64,000 nucleotides of DNA from Flavobacteriales bacterium (GCA_037624665.1 JASJIW010000062.1:2632-66631); one strand, 5' to 3'. Positions 18,881-29,974 are shown, numbered from the stretch's first letter. Notes: generated by a model not told the origin, from the sequence alone. Translations and numbers: made by a program.

Positions 18881-21487
18881 CTACCCTCCTACACTTTTCT
18901 TAATCTCATTGAGTTTCATCAACGCTTCAACGGGAGTTAATGTATTGATATCAATATTAATGAGCTCTTCTTTTATTTGTTCTAAAACAGGATCATCCAA
19001 TTGAAAAAAGCTCAACTGCATATCATCTTCATCAAGGGCTATTTTAACTTTTTTCGGTTTAGCGCTCCCTACATGTGAATTCTCTAATTGTTTCAAAACC
19101 TCGTTGGCTCTATTAATCATTTTATTAGGCATACCAGCCATTCGAGCAACGTGTATTCCAAAACTATGGTTACTACCACCAGCTACTAACTTTCTTAAAA
19201 AGATAATCTTATTCTTAATTTCTTTTACTGAAACATTGTAATTCTTAATACGCTTAAAGCTGTTCGACATATCATTTAGCTCATGATAATGCGTAGCAAA
19301 CAATGTTTTAGCTCTTAGCTTTGGTTGTTCATGCAAATACTCAGCTATACTCCACGCAATAGATATACCATCATACGTACTTGTACCTCTACCTATTTCA
19401 TCTAATAATATTAAACTCCTATCGGAAAGATTATTTAATATACTCGCTGTTTCATTCATTTCTACCATAAACGTAGATTCTCCTTGTGAGATATTATCTG
19501 AAGCACCAACTCTGGTAAATATCTTATCTACCAACCCTATTTTAGCACTCTTTGCAGGAACAAAACATCCTATTTGAGCCATTAATGTAATTAAAGCTGT
19601 TTGTCTCAATAAAGCCGATTTACCACTCATATTTGGACCGGTAATCATAATAATTTGCTGCGTGCTATCATCCAAGTAAATATCGTTTGATACATACTCT
19701 TCACCAATTGGTAATTGCTGCTCAATAACTGGATGGCGACCATCCTTAATGTCTATTATCTTAGTATCGTTAATTTCTGGACGTGTATAATGATGCTTAT
19801 TTGCCAAAGAAGCAAATGATAATAAACAATCTAACTGAGCAATTAAAACTGCGTTTAACTGTATTGGCACAATATAATCTGCTAATTCTAGCACCAAGTC
19901 ATTAAACAATTTAGTTTCTAATTGTAGAATTTTCTCATCAGCACCTAATATCTTAGATTCGTATTCTTTTAACTCTTCTGTAATATATCGCTCAGCTTGA
20001 GTCAATGTTTGTTTTCTATGCCAAGCTTCTGGAACCTTATCTTTATGTGTATTTCTTACTTCGATGTAATAGCCAAAAACATTATTAAATCCTATTTTTA
20101 AACTGGAGATACCCGTATTTTCGATTTCTCTTTCTTGAATTTGAACCAAGGAATCTTTACCAGAATTTAAAATTAAGCGTAATTCATCTAACTCTTGAGA
20201 TACCCCATTCTTAACAACATTTCCTTTTTGCACAGCAACAGGTGGTTCATCCTCCACAACAGTTTCAATCTTCTCTTTAATAAGGACACAAGGATTTAAA
20301 CGCTCTCCAATTTTCTTTAACGAATCATTTTTTGATGAGGCACATAAACTTTTGATCGGTTCAATAACAGATAATGCTCTTTTAAGTTGGACAACTTCTC
20401 TGGGGTTAATTCGAGCCGTTGCAACCTTAGAAATTAATCGTTCTAAATCTCCTATTTCATGAATATTTGATGCTACTTTGGCTGAAAATTCTTCATTATT
20501 TACAAACTGACTTACTGTATTTAAACGGTCATTAATCGGTTGAATATCTTTTAGAGGTAACGCCACCCATCTTTTCAATAAACGCGAACCCATTGGAGAT
20601 ATCGTATGATCTAGAATATCGATTAAGGTTTTTGCATTTTCGTTAGGTGAATAAATCAACTCTAAATTTCTAATGGTAAATCTATCCAGCCAAACATATT
20701 TGTCCTCCTCTATTCGAGAAATAGCCGTAATGTGTTTTGTTTTGTTATGTTGTGTATCCGATAAGTAATGTAACGCAGCACCTGCAGCACAAATAGCACT
20801 TCCAAAATCTTCAATACCAAAACCTTTTAAACTGCTTGTTTCAAATTGTTTTTGAAGTATTTCATTTCCAAAATCTTCCGTAAAAGCCCAATCATCTAAA
20901 CAAAACGTATAAAATTGATCACCAAAATTTTCGACAAATTTCCGCTGCTTATTCCGCTGAAACAAAACTTCTGTAGGTTTAAAACCGTGCAATAATTTAT
21001 CTATATATTCGAGACTACCTTCACCTACCAAAAACTCCCCAGTTGAAACATCCAAAAAAGCAACCCCACATTTTTTCTTATCAAAGTGAACAGCTGCTAG
21101 AAAATTATTAAACTTATGATCTAATATTTGATCACTTAATGTTACTCCAGGAGTAATCAATTCGGTTACACCTCTTTTTACAATTTTCTTATCTTTACTT
21201 GGCGCTTCTAACTGATCGCAAATAGCCACCCGTAAACCAGACCTAACCAACTTTGGTAAATATGTATTTATTGAATGGTGAGGAAAACCAGCTAATTCTA
21301 ACTTAGCTCCGCCATTATTTCGGGCAGTTAGTGTAATCCCTAAAATATTAGCCGCCTTAATTGCATCTTGACCAAAAGTTTCGTAAAAATCTCCCACCCT
21401 AAACAATAACATAGCATCAGGATATTTCGCCTTAATACCATTGTACTGCTTCATTAATGGTGTTTCTGTATCTTTTGATTTTGCCAA
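18881..21487 (-). CDS. mutS: DNA mismatch repair protein MutS
   Basis: TPLMKQY...GDFYETF N-terminus, Walker [30 protein letters not shown]. Confidence 0.97.
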   Translation of the reverse strand: MAKSKDTETPLMKQYNGIKAKYPDAMLLFRVGDFYETFGQDAIKAANILGITLTARNNGGAKLELAGFPHHSINTYLPKLVRSGLRVAICDQLEAPSKDKKIVKRGVTELITPGVTLSDQILDHKFNNFLAAVHFDKKKCGVAFLDVSTGEFLVGEGSLEYIDKLLHGFKPTEVLFQRNKQRKFVENFGDQFYTFCLDDWAFTEDFGNEILQKQFETSSLKGFGIEDFGSAICAAGAALHYLSDTQHNKTKHITAISRIEEDKYVWLDRFTIRNLELIYSPNENAKTLIDILDHTISPMGSRLLKRWVALPLKDIQPINDRLNTVSQFVNNEEFSAKVASNIHEIGDLERLISKVATARINPREVVQLKRALSVIEPIKSLCASSKNDSLKKIGERLNPCVLIKEKIETVVEDEPPVAVQKGNVVKNGVSQELDELRLILNSGKDSLVQIQEREIENTGISSLKIGFNNVFGYYIEVRNTHKDKVPEAWHRKQTLTQAERYITEELKEYESKILGADEKILQLETKLFNDLVLELADYIVPIQLNAVLIAQLDCLLSFASLANKHHYTRPEINDTKIIDIKDGRHPVIEQQLPIGEEYVSNDIYLDDSTQQIIMITGPNMSGKSALLRQTALITLMAQIGCFVPAKSAKIGLVDKIFTRVGASDNISQGESTFMVEMNETASILNNLSDRSLILLDEIGRGTSTYDGISIAWSIAEYLHEQPKLRAKTLFATHYHELNDMSNSFKRIKNYNVSVKEIKNKIIFLRKLVAGGSNHSFGIHVARMAGMPNKMINRANEVLKQLENSHVGSAKPKKVKIALDEDDMQLSFFQLDDPVLEQIKEELINIDINTLTPVEALMKLNEIKKSVGG

Positions 21488-21632
21488 AGTTGTAATTGAT
21501 TAAGCTTATTGAACACTAATTATTAAATGCCTTACAAACATAGCTGAATGTATAAAAACAAGCCAAATTCAACGCACTTAGTTATAAACAGAAAACGCAA
21601 AGTTGTTAATATAATGGCTAAAATTATTAGTT

Positions 21633-22187
21633 TTGAATATTCAATTAAAAAAGATGCACAGAAAATTAAAAAACGAAGAGTTAAACAGAATCACAGTTGA
21701 TGAGTTTAAATCAACCACAAAAACACCTATCATTATTGTTTTAGATAATATAAGGAGTTTAAACAATATTGGATCCGTTTTTAGAACTGCCGATGCTTTT
21801 TTAATTGAAGCTGTTTATTTATGTGGAATAACTGCAACACCACCCCATAGAGAAATTCAAAAAACAGCTTTAGGTGCGACAGAAACAGTACTTTGGAAGC
21901 ATTTTGAAACAACAACCGAAGCGATAGAAGACTTAAAAGCTAACAACTATAAAATTGCTTCTATTGAGCAAACAGAAAATAGTACAATGCTCCATGATTT
22001 TAGTTTAAATAAAAAAGAGAACCTGGCTGTTATTTTTGGAAATGAGGTTAAAGGTGTTGAACAAATGGCTATTGATTTAAGTGATGCTGTTATTGAGATT
22101 CCTCAATATGGAACAAAACACTCCTTAAATATATCTGTAAGTTGTGGTGTAATAATTTGGGAATTGTTTAGGAAAATTAATTTTTAA
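21633..22187 (+). CDS. TrmH/SpoU-family RNA 2'-O-methyltransferase
   Basis: LDNIRSLNNIGSVFRTADAF, IFGNEVKGV, IPQYGTKHSLNISVSCGVIIWE. The likely true start is the ATG at 21654 (the track start is TTG). Confidence 0.85.
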   Translation: MNIQLKKMHRKLKNEELNRITVDEFKSTTKTPIIIVLDNIRSLNNIGSVFRTADAFLIEAVYLCGITATPPHREIQKTALGATETVLWKHFETTTEAIEDLKANNYKIASIEQTENSTMLHDFSLNKKENLAVIFGNEVKGVEQMAIDLSDAVIEIPQYGTKHSLNISVSCGVIIWELFRKINF

Positions 22188-23079
22188 GATGTTGTCGAAT
22201 CTCATCTACATCAAACAAATCTCCAAACCATTTCTTTTTAATAACTCCATCTTCTAGATAAACAATAGCTGGTAATCTTCCTCCACTGTATTTATAAAAT
22301 GCATCACCTTTCATCCAAATAGTTGGAAAATCACATTTTGTTTTCTCCATAAAATCAAGTAATCCCGCTTCTTTTTTTGATCCAATTACCAAATATAAAT
22401 TATTAATTTTTTCTTGTTTATTTAATGCAACAAACTTTCTTGACGCATTAATACAATGCGGACAAGTCCAAGTGAAAAATGCAACCATCTTTTTTCCTTT
22501 AGAAAAATCTACTTTCGTTTGTGTTTTATAAAGTGGTGGTAAACCGGAAAAGTCTACTACTTCATTCACCTCAACACCCTGTAAATTATGTAAGCCAACT
22601 CTATTTAATAAAAATGTAGCAGTAAAAGATGTTATTAAGAATAGTAGTGGTAATAACCAAGTCGTAATTCCATAAGTATGATACCTTCTTCTTATAATTA
22701 GTAATAATGCAATTAATGCAACATTCTTAACAATAGATTCTATAGGATTAAGTGACAAAAAGCTACCGAAACAGCCACAATCAATAGCATTACCTTGTGT
22801 AATTAATAAGAATATTAAATACGCTGTAAACAAGCCTAATGATGCTAAAGACAATTTATATACAACTCCTTTTAACCAACTGTCAAATACGATAGATAAA
22901 CCCAAAAAAAGTTCAAATGCAATAACAAATCGAGCTATAAAAGGAGCAAACAACCAATTAGAAATTCCTAAATCAACAAAAACAATTTCAAACGGCTCTA
23001 TAGGGTATAGTTTTGATAACCCTGAAATAATAAACACTAAACCGACTGTAATTCTTATGATATGATTTAATAAATTCAT
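22177..23079 (-). CDS. MauE/DoxX-family membrane domain fused to a TlpA-like thioredoxin domain
   Basis: N-terminal multi-TM region with the DCGCFG motif; C-terminal FFTWTCPHCINASRKF (CxxC) thioredoxin fold. Confidence 0.75.
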   Translation of the reverse strand: MNLLNHIIRITVGLVFIISGLSKLYPIEPFEIVFVDLGISNWLFAPFIARFVIAFELFLGLSIVFDSWLKGVVYKLSLASLGLFTAYLIFLLITQGNAIDCGCFGSFLSLNPIESIVKNVALIALLLIIRRRYHTYGITTWLLPLLFLITSFTATFLLNRVGLHNLQGVEVNEVVDFSGLPPLYKTQTKVDFSKGKKMVAFFTWTCPHCINASRKFVALNKQEKINNLYLVIGSKKEAGLLDFMEKTKCDFPTIWMKGDAFYKYSGGRLPAIVYLEDGVIKKKWFGDLFDVDEIRQHLKN

Positions 23080-23154
23080 TATTCTTTTTCTTCTGAGCTT
23101 ACAAATTTAATGTATCCATTAAGTTTATTATTTACAATACTTGAAAATTTATGC

Positions 23155-23187
23155 AAAAAAAGGCTGCCAAAAGAGGCAGCCTTTTTA
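23155..23187. terminator. bidirectional-looking rho-independent terminator
   Basis: aaaaaaggctgcc-aaaaga-ggcagccttttt, with A/T runs on both sides. Confidence 0.7.
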
Positions 23188-23204
23188 TTCAATTAAAATA
23201 GCGA

Positions 23205-23405
23205 TTAAACTACTTTACAACCATCACCTAAATCACAAAGTGCTTCAAAATCATCTTGAGATAAATCAAGCCCAGCTTGATTAACTTCGTCTAATGTTGT
23301 TGTTTCTGTTGTTCCATCCACTGTACATTCGCAATCACCTGCTTTACTACAAGATGTAAATCCTAATCCTGCTACTATAACTGTAAATAATAATACTTTT
23401 TTCAT
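23205..23405 (-). CDS. small Cys-rich lipoprotein (66 aa), paralog 1
   Basis: Signal plus lipobox GFTSC. Mature part has CxC...C...CKV (GDCEC...EALCDLGDGCKVV). Confidence 0.65.
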   Translation of the reverse strand: MKKVLLFTVIVAGLGFTSCSKAGDCECTVDGTTETTTLDEVNQAGLDLSQDDFEALCDLGDGCKVV

Positions 23406-23496
23406 AATAATTTTTTTGATTAATATTAATTCAGTTGCAAGATACAGATTTTTTTATAAAATATCACAAAAATATACTAACATAATCTACCTAAAA

Positions 23497-23688
23497 CTAC
23501 TCTACTTTACACGTTTCATCTCCTATTTTTGCTAATTCACAGGCCGTATCCAAAGATACACCAACATCTTTAGCATCAGATTCAGTAATATTATCTGTAT
23601 TACTACAAACGCATTCTTCATCTTTTGCACAAGAGGTTAAAAAAATCAATCCTCCAACCACAAGTGTTATAAATATTTTCTTTTTCAT
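23497..23688 (-). CDS. small Cys-rich lipoprotein (63 aa), paralog 2
   Basis: Signal plus lipobox FLTSC. Same CxC...C...CKV layout (EECVC...TACELAKIGDETCKVE). Confidence 0.65.
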   Translation of the reverse strand: MKKKIFITLVVGGLIFLTSCAKDEECVCSNTDNITESDAKDVGVSLDTACELAKIGDETCKVE

Positions 23689-23735
23689 ATCTAGTTATTT
23701 TTTATAAAATCAAAGCTATCAAATATTATGCAAAA

Positions 23736-23766
23736 AAAATGCTCTTGAGAAACTCAAGAGCATTTT
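23736..23766 (-). terminator. rho-independent terminator after the 572-aa lipoprotein gene
   Basis: 14-bp stem aaaatgctcttgag/ctcaagagcatttt with loop aaa. Confidence 0.65.
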
Positions 23767-23783
23767 AATAAATTATATTCTAA

Positions 23784-25502
23784 TTAGTTCACTGCCGATT
23801 GGAAATCAGCATTTTCTCTAAACTTAATAAATTCAGCATCTGTTTTACCTTTAGCTTTTAAAGCTGCATCTTTAGTAGTAGCTGCATTTAAGTGCTTAAT
23901 CATTGCATCATTATCATTAGCTCTTGCTGCTGCAACTGCTTTCAAGTAAGAAGATATAGCTTCTTCTTTATCATCAGAACCATCAATTACTCCACCAATG
24001 TTGTTATCTCCGTTTAACACTTTTGCTAATGCACTGTTAAATGAATTTACACCAGAGTAGTTAGACGTAGCTGAAGCATAATCACCTTTAATAATGTTTA
24101 TGATCCCTTTGTTTTGAGCAACTTCTTTCCCTGCTCCTGAAGCATTGCTATAAAACTCCATTGCAGCATCTAAGTTTCCATTTAATCTTTCAACAACTCC
24201 TAAGTTATTTTGAATAACTGGGTTATTAGCAGAAAGTCCATTCGCTTTAATAAACTCAGCTTTAGCATCAGCTAATTTATTTTGAGATACATAAATGAAT
24301 CCAACATTGTTTGGTCCTCTCCAATCAGCAGAATGGATAGAAGAAACACTTTTGTAAATAGATTCTTTCTTAGCAACATCAGTATAAAGAGTTGCAGCAT
24401 ATAACATTTGCTCAACATCTAATGAATCAATTTTAGTATCAACTAATACTTTAATCTCATCATCAGTTAAGTTATGGTGTTTCATAACTAAGTTAGCTTG
24501 AGATCTTCTTAATTGAGGTAAGATTTTTTTAGAAACCTCAGTATACGTTTTACCGATGTTTTTAATTTCTTCTTCTCTCTTCGTTCCGTCAGTATATGTT
24601 TCTAAAACTCTAATGATTAATTCTTTATCAGCGATATCAGATGCTTGCATCATTGTTTTAAAACCATTCCAATCTTCACCTTTACCTGAAGCTGTAGAAA
24701 ATTCTTCTGAAACTTCAACTTTAGCTCTTTTCAATAAAGACTCAATTGATTTAGCAGCAGATTCAGCTCTTTCGTTCGCTAAGTTTTCATTTTTACTTAA
24801 CTCTCCTTCTGGAGATGCATATGCGCTAATAGATAAACCATTAAACTCCATTTTCACATCTTCATTCCATCCTTTTAATTTAGCTTTCAATTCTTTCATG
24901 TCAGCATCAGATAATTCACTTCCTCTAACACTTGAGCTACTTACTAAATAATGGATTTCAACATTATTATCTATTAAAGCAAATTTCTCAAATTTATCAG
25001 TTCCCATAATTGCCTTATCAGAAGACATTACTAACATAGGTGTAATGTTTGTTCCGTCAGCAACTTTACGAGGTTCTAAATCTTTAGTTTTTTCTTTATA
25101 TTTTCCAGTCACTCTTAATTCAACAGTAGCAAATTCCATCCCTTCTTTGTAAGCCATTTTAGCTACATGAGAAAAACTTCCACCTGCTTCATATTTAATT
25201 ACTGTACCTTCAGCTTCAGAAACTTCGCCTTTTAAATTTAAGGCACCGAATGATTCTGAATTTTCTCCGTAAACAATTACTGGAGTAATTACAGCAGATA
25301 CTTTTTTGTTAAAATATTTTTCAGGAAAACTACCATTAAATGTAATAGCAATAGAATCACCATGCATTTCAACTGGGTTAGGAGTCAATTCATAATTAAC
25401 TTCTGCCTGTCTCTTAACCATCTTATTTAAAGGGTTACAAGCGATTAATACTGTAGAAGCTACAACAACTAGTGCTATTTTTTTTGAATTTCGATTTCTC
25501 AT
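23784..25502 (-). CDS. large lipoprotein of unknown function with TPR-like C-terminal region
   Basis: Signal/lipobox VLIAC. C-terminal helical repeats (AKAEFIKANGL..NNLGVVERLNGNLDAAMEFY). No catalytic motif recognised. Confidence 0.5.
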   Translation of the reverse strand: MRNRNSKKIALVVVASTVLIACNPLNKMVKRQAEVNYELTPNPVEMHGDSIAITFNGSFPEKYFNKKVSAVITPVIVYGENSESFGALNLKGEVSEAEGTVIKYEAGGSFSHVAKMAYKEGMEFATVELRVTGKYKEKTKDLEPRKVADGTNITPMLVMSSDKAIMGTDKFEKFALIDNNVEIHYLVSSSSVRGSELSDADMKELKAKLKGWNEDVKMEFNGLSISAYASPEGELSKNENLANERAESAAKSIESLLKRAKVEVSEEFSTASGKGEDWNGFKTMMQASDIADKELIIRVLETYTDGTKREEEIKNIGKTYTEVSKKILPQLRRSQANLVMKHHNLTDDEIKVLVDTKIDSLDVEQMLYAATLYTDVAKKESIYKSVSSIHSADWRGPNNVGFIYVSQNKLADAKAEFIKANGLSANNPVIQNNLGVVERLNGNLDAAMEFYSNASGAGKEVAQNKGIINIIKGDYASATSNYSGVNSFNSALAKVLNGDNNIGGVIDGSDDKEEAISSYLKAVAAARANDNDAMIKHLNAATTKDAALKAKGKTDAEFIKFRENADFQSAVN

Positions 25503-25613
25503 TATTTATTAAATTATTCTTAAAAATCTTTATTTTAGTTACTTATTCAACTGCAATTATAATCAATACTTTTTACATTTAAAAATTATTCTACATCAAT
25601 AGCATATTTCTTC

Positions 25614-26117
25614 TTAAATCTTAACAACAGCTAATTCATCCTTGCAACTATTCTTAAGCTCGTTTAACGACTTATTGTAAATTGGATGAACAAAATTAGG
25701 CATTATTTCAACCAAAGGAGTAAGTATAAAGTTCCTATCTTGAATATGTGGATGAGGTACAATCAACTCTTCCAAATTTATCAATTCATTACCGTAAAAA
25801 AGCACATCAATGTCAATAACTCGCTCATGCCATTTTTCTTTTCTAACCCTACCTAATTCAAGCTCTATTGCCAAACAATTCTCTAAAACTTTAAATGGCG
25901 GTAATTCCGAATCTATTACTACTACCTGATTTAAAAAATCAGATTGATTTTCAACACCCCAAGCTTTGGTTTGGTACAATGAAGAGAATAAAGATACGGT
26001 GCCAACTTTCTTCTTTAAATGAATAATGGCCAATTCAAAGACTTCTTTAACGTTACCTATGTTTCCTCCGAGCGATAATACTACTCTATTTTTCCGTTTA
26101 TCAATTTGTGATACCAT
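25614..26117 (-). CDS. folK: 2-amino-4-hydroxy-6-hydroxymethyldihydropteridine diphosphokinase
   Basis: LSLGGNIGN, SSLYQTKAWG, RVIDIDVLFYG, LIVPHPHIQDRNFILTPL. The ATG at 26117 is preferred over the track TTG at 26144. Confidence 0.9.
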   Translation of the reverse strand: MVSQIDKRKNRVVLSLGGNIGNVKEVFELAIIHLKKKVGTVSLFSSLYQTKAWGVENQSDFLNQVVVIDSELPPFKVLENCLAIELELGRVRKEKWHERVIDIDVLFYGNELINLEELIVPHPHIQDRNFILTPLVEIMPNFVHPIYNKSLNELKNSCKDELAVVKI

Positions 26118-26203
26118 TGGTGTATTAATATTATTATAAAGCAAATGCTAGTTCTACTTTTGTAAAAGTAAATTAATTCAGCTCAAATAAAAACAACAGA
26201 TAA

Positions 26204-27994
26204 ATGAAACAATTTTTTAAATTTATGTTCGCCAGTTTCTTCGGAACTTTCTTTTCAATGATCGTTGCTGGACTTCTACTTATTGTAATCTTTATTGCAA
26301 TGCTTACAGGAGCAATTTCATCTGCAGGTAAAGCTGATAAACAAATATCAAAAGTAGAAAAGAATTCTATACTACACATTACCCTTAATATACCTATTAA
26401 AGATAGAACTTCTGAAAACCCTTTTGAAAATTTTGATTTTAACACACTTGAAAATTCAAGCAACCTTGGTTTGGATAAGATTCTAGCATCTATTGAAAAA
26501 GCAAAGTCTGATGATAGAATTGAAGGTATTTACCTTGATTTAACTTTCGTAAATACTGGAATGGCTTCTATTGAAGAAATTAGAAATGCTCTTTTGGATT
26601 TTAAGAAGTCTAAAAAATGGATTATTAGTTATTCTGAAGTTTATACGCAAGGAACTTATTACTTAGCTTCAGTTGCTGATAAAATATATGTTAACCCTGC
26701 AGGAATTCTTGAATTAAAAGGTTTAGCAACACAGTTAATGTTCTTTAAGAATATGTTAGCGAAATTAGATGTGGATGTTCAAATAATTAGACATGGTAAA
26801 TTTAAAAGTGCTGTTGAGCCATTTATGTTAGAAAAAATGAGCGCTTCTAATAGAGAGCAATTAGAAAAAATATTAAATACTGCTTGGGGAAGCATGATTA
26901 ATGGTATTGCTGCAAGTAGAGATATTAAAACTGCAACAATAAACGAATTAGCTGATGGCCTTAAAATACAAGATGCTAAAGATGCCTTAAAATATAATTT
27001 TGTAGATGGCTTAATGTACAAAGATGAATTATTAGCTGAACTAAGAAACAAACTCAACTTAAAAGAAAACGCAGACATCACAACCATAAGTCTTGGAAAA
27101 TATGCTAACGCTAAATTGAAAGGAAAGAAAGTGAAATCTAAAAACAAAATTGCTGTAATCTACGCAGCCGGAAACATTGTTAGCGGAAAAGGAAGTAAAG
27201 ACCAAATGGGTTCTGAAACAATTTCTAAAGCAATTAGAGAAGCCCGATTAGATGATGATGTAAAAGCTATCGTTTTAAGAGTAAATTCTGGTGGGGGGAG
27301 TGCTTTAGCTTCTGATGTTATGTGGAGAGAAACTACTTTAGCTAAAAAAGCAAAGCCATTTATTGTCTCTATGGGAGATGTTGCTGCTTCTGGTGGCTAT
27401 TACATTGCTTGTGCCGCAGATAAGATTGTTGCTAGTGAAAAAACAATTACTGGTTCTATTGGAGTTTTTGGAGTTATTCCAAACATGGAAGGATTCTTTA
27501 ATAATAAGATGGGAATTACTTTTGATGGTGCTAAAACAAATGACCATGCAGATATGATGAGTTTATTTAAACCATTAACTGTTGAAGAAAAAGACATTAT
27601 ACAGATTGGAGTAGAAAAAATATACGATGACTTTATTACGAAAGTTGCTGCCGGTAGAGGAATGACTAAAGCCGAAATTGATGCCATTGGACAAGGTAGA
27701 GTTTGGATTGGAAACGATGCGTTAGAAATTGGTTTAGTTGATGAAATTGGTGGTTTAAACAGAGCGATTGATATTGCTCAAGAAATGGCAAAATTGGAAA
27801 ACTTTGAATTAGAGAACTATCCTAAAAGAAAAGATCCAGTTGAACAGTTTATTGAAGAATTATCTGGTAACCTAGAAACAAGATTTATGAAAGCTAAATT
27901 GGGTGACAATTATAAGTATTACCAAAAAATGGAATCTGTAACAAAGAACACAGGCGTTATGGCTCGTATTCCTTTTGATATTGAAGTTCATTAA
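26204..27994 (+). CDS. sppA: signal peptide peptidase SppA, 67K type
   Basis: 596 aa, N-terminal TM, duplicated ClpP-like halves, SMGDVAASGGYYIA catalytic Ser motif. Confidence 0.92.
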   Translation: MKQFFKFMFASFFGTFFSMIVAGLLLIVIFIAMLTGAISSAGKADKQISKVEKNSILHITLNIPIKDRTSENPFENFDFNTLENSSNLGLDKILASIEKAKSDDRIEGIYLDLTFVNTGMASIEEIRNALLDFKKSKKWIISYSEVYTQGTYYLASVADKIYVNPAGILELKGLATQLMFFKNMLAKLDVDVQIIRHGKFKSAVEPFMLEKMSASNREQLEKILNTAWGSMINGIAASRDIKTATINELADGLKIQDAKDALKYNFVDGLMYKDELLAELRNKLNLKENADITTISLGKYANAKLKGKKVKSKNKIAVIYAAGNIVSGKGSKDQMGSETISKAIREARLDDDVKAIVLRVNSGGGSALASDVMWRETTLAKKAKPFIVSMGDVAASGGYYIACAADKIVASEKTITGSIGVFGVIPNMEGFFNNKMGITFDGAKTNDHADMMSLFKPLTVEEKDIIQIGVEKIYDDFITKVAAGRGMTKAEIDAIGQGRVWIGNDALEIGLVDEIGGLNRAIDIAQEMAKLENFELENYPKRKDPVEQFIEELSGNLETRFMKAKLGDNYKYYQKMESVTKNTGVMARIPFDIEVH

Positions 27995-27997
27995 ATC

Positions 27998-28079
27998 TAG
28001 TGTTTGGTTGTTAGTGTTTGGTAAATAGTTTTGATTAATTTAGTCGAAATAAAAACTACACACTAACAACCAAACACTA
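27998..28079. repeat. 20-bp perfect inverted repeat (27998-28017 / 28060-28079) with a 42-nt loop
   Basis: tagtgtttggttgttagtgt versus acactaacaaccaaacacta. Arm 1 also contains the direct repeat tagtgtttgg twice (27998, 28012). Confidence 0.8.
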
Positions 28080-28092
28080 TAAACTAACTTAA

Positions 28093-28794
28093 GTGAATAT
28101 ATTTTACACACCAGAGTTAGCCAACGAAAAGACTTACACGCTTAGTGAAAGTGAATCGAAGCACGCCATTAGAGTGTTGCGTTTAAAACAAGGCGATGTA
28201 ATTACGTTGGTAAACGGAACTGGTAGTTTTTTTGAAGGCACTATAACTAGTGAAAATCCAAAAAGATGTGAAGTTGAAATAACTAAAATAAGAAAAGAGG
28301 CCAACAACAAACCTCAACTACACATTGCAATAGCCCCAACAAAAAACAATGACCGTACTGAATGGTTTATTGAAAAATGTACAGAAATTGGCATTGGCCA
28401 AATCTCCCCTATTTTGTGCAAACATTCTGAACGAAAAATAATTAAGGAAGAGCGATTTGTGAAAACTGCTATTTCAGCAATGAAACAATCCTTGAAAGCT
28501 ACATTACCTATTGTAACAGAATTAACACCTTTCAATACGTTTATTGTTGAACCTTTTGATGGCAAAAAATACATCGCACATTGTTATTCTGAAAACCAAA
28601 GCCACTATAAAGACCTTTATCAAAAAGGAGAAAATAGTTTAGTTTTGATTGGACCAGAAGGAGATTTTAGTCCTGATGAAGTTAAGCTAGCTATTGACAA
28701 TGGTTTTGAACCCATAACTTTTGGTAAAAGCCGTTTAAGAACAGAAACTGCAGGAGTTGTGGCTTGCACCACTTTTAACCTTTTAAATGAATAG
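28093..28794 (+). CDS. rsmE: 16S rRNA (uracil1498-N3)-methyltransferase
   Basis: GTG start. HAIRVLRLKQGD, EWFIEKCTEIG, LIGPEGDFSPDE, LGKSRLRTETA. Confidence 0.9.
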   Translation: MNIFYTPELANEKTYTLSESESKHAIRVLRLKQGDVITLVNGTGSFFEGTITSENPKRCEVEITKIRKEANNKPQLHIAIAPTKNNDRTEWFIEKCTEIGIGQISPILCKHSERKIIKEERFVKTAISAMKQSLKATLPIVTELTPFNTFIVEPFDGKKYIAHCYSENQSHYKDLYQKGENSLVLIGPEGDFSPDEVKLAIDNGFEPITFGKSRLRTETAGVVACTTFNLLNE

Positions 28795-29443
28795 AATTTT
28801 AAGCATCCTATTAATCTTAATAAGCTCTGTTGGTTTTACGCAAACTACAAGCTACCAAATTGCATTGTTAAAATACAATGGTGGTGGCGATTGGTATGCT
28901 AACCTAGAGACTTCTTTACCCAACTTAATTAACTACTGCAACAAAAATTTAAACACCAATATTAATACAGAACAAGCAATTGTAGATGTTGGTAGTAAAG
29001 AAATTTTCAACTACCCATTTCTACACATTACCGGACACGGTAACATTATTTTAAATGATGATGAAGCTGAAAATTTAAGAAATTATTTAATGAGTGGTGG
29101 TTTTTTACACATTTCTGACAATTACGGAATGGACAAGTTTTTAAGACCACAAATGAAAAAGGTATTTCCGGAATTGGAGTTTGTAGAATTACCTTACTCC
29201 CATCCTATTTACCATCAGAACTATGATTTTAATAAAGGCTTACCTAAAATACATGAACATGATGAAAAACCCACACAAGGGTTTGGCTTAATTTACGAAG
29301 GTAAATTGGTTTGTTTTTATGATTTTGAATGCGATTTAGGTGATGGTTGGGAAGACCAAGAAGTACACAACGATTCAGAGGAGAATAGAATTAAAGCGCT
29401 TAAAATGGGTGCTAATATTATTCAGCACGCTTTTAGTGAGTAA
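28787..29443 (+). CDS. DUF4159 domain-containing protein
   Basis: LKYNGGGDWYANLETSLPNL..., HITGHGNI, GGFLHISDNYG. 8-nt overlap with rsmE. Confidence 0.75.
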   Translation: MNRILSILLILISSVGFTQTTSYQIALLKYNGGGDWYANLETSLPNLINYCNKNLNTNINTEQAIVDVGSKEIFNYPFLHITGHGNIILNDDEAENLRNYLMSGGFLHISDNYGMDKFLRPQMKKVFPELEFVELPYSHPIYHQNYDFNKGLPKIHEHDEKPTQGFGLIYEGKLVCFYDFECDLGDGWEDQEVHNDSEENRIKALKMGANIIQHAFSE

Positions 29444-29450
29444 TTAAAAA

Positions 29451-29798
29451 TTAATCAGCTCTATAAATAGGTTGAGAAAAGCTATTTGGTTTCTTTTTAT
29501 TTAAAATTAGTTCTTGTATCTGTTTTTCAAATACCAATAAATCAACCATGTATATTGCCGTTCTGAAAGTCTTAACATCTCCTTCATAAAGTATTCGGAC
29601 CTCATTATACCCTCTTTCCAAATAAGGAAATATAAATATTTTTAAATTACTTGAAAAATTAGTGTTCCCCGCTACAATTACATCTTTTACTTCATCTAAA
29701 TTTATTAGTTTTTGAATTCTAAATAAATTAAAATAAAAGTATTTTGTAATGACTAACACATCCTCATCAGCCACTATTTTTTCTTCAGGTATAATCAA
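29451..29798 (-). CDS. hypothetical protein; probably the soluble part of a 2-TM membrane protein whose true start lies upstream (see findings)
   Basis: Track ORF starts at TTG, but the frame stays open for at least 58 codons upstream and encodes two hydrophobic helices. Confidence 0.45.
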   Translation of the reverse strand: MIIPEEKIVADEDVLVITKYFYFNLFRIQKLINLDEVKDVIVAGNTNFSSNLKIFIFPYLERGYNEVRILYEGDVKTFRTAIYMVDLLVFEKQIQELILNKKKPNSFSQPIYRAD

Positions 29799-29974
29799 AG
29801 ATAAAAAGAAAAGAATTCCTCCAGAAACAATTACGAAAAATGGGTTAATAGGAGATATTTTATAAATAAGAAGAGCAATTATTACGACTAAAACAAATCG
29901 AATTATCCAGATAACAGCCTTCCGGAATCTACCTATTCTAACTTTTACTAATGGTTTAATTCTACTAAAATAAC

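Noticed and set aside
26173-26463. 96-aa minus-strand ORF overlapping the sppA start
   Set aside because: It is antisense to the sppA signal-anchor region. sppA is strongly supported and folK ends upstream.
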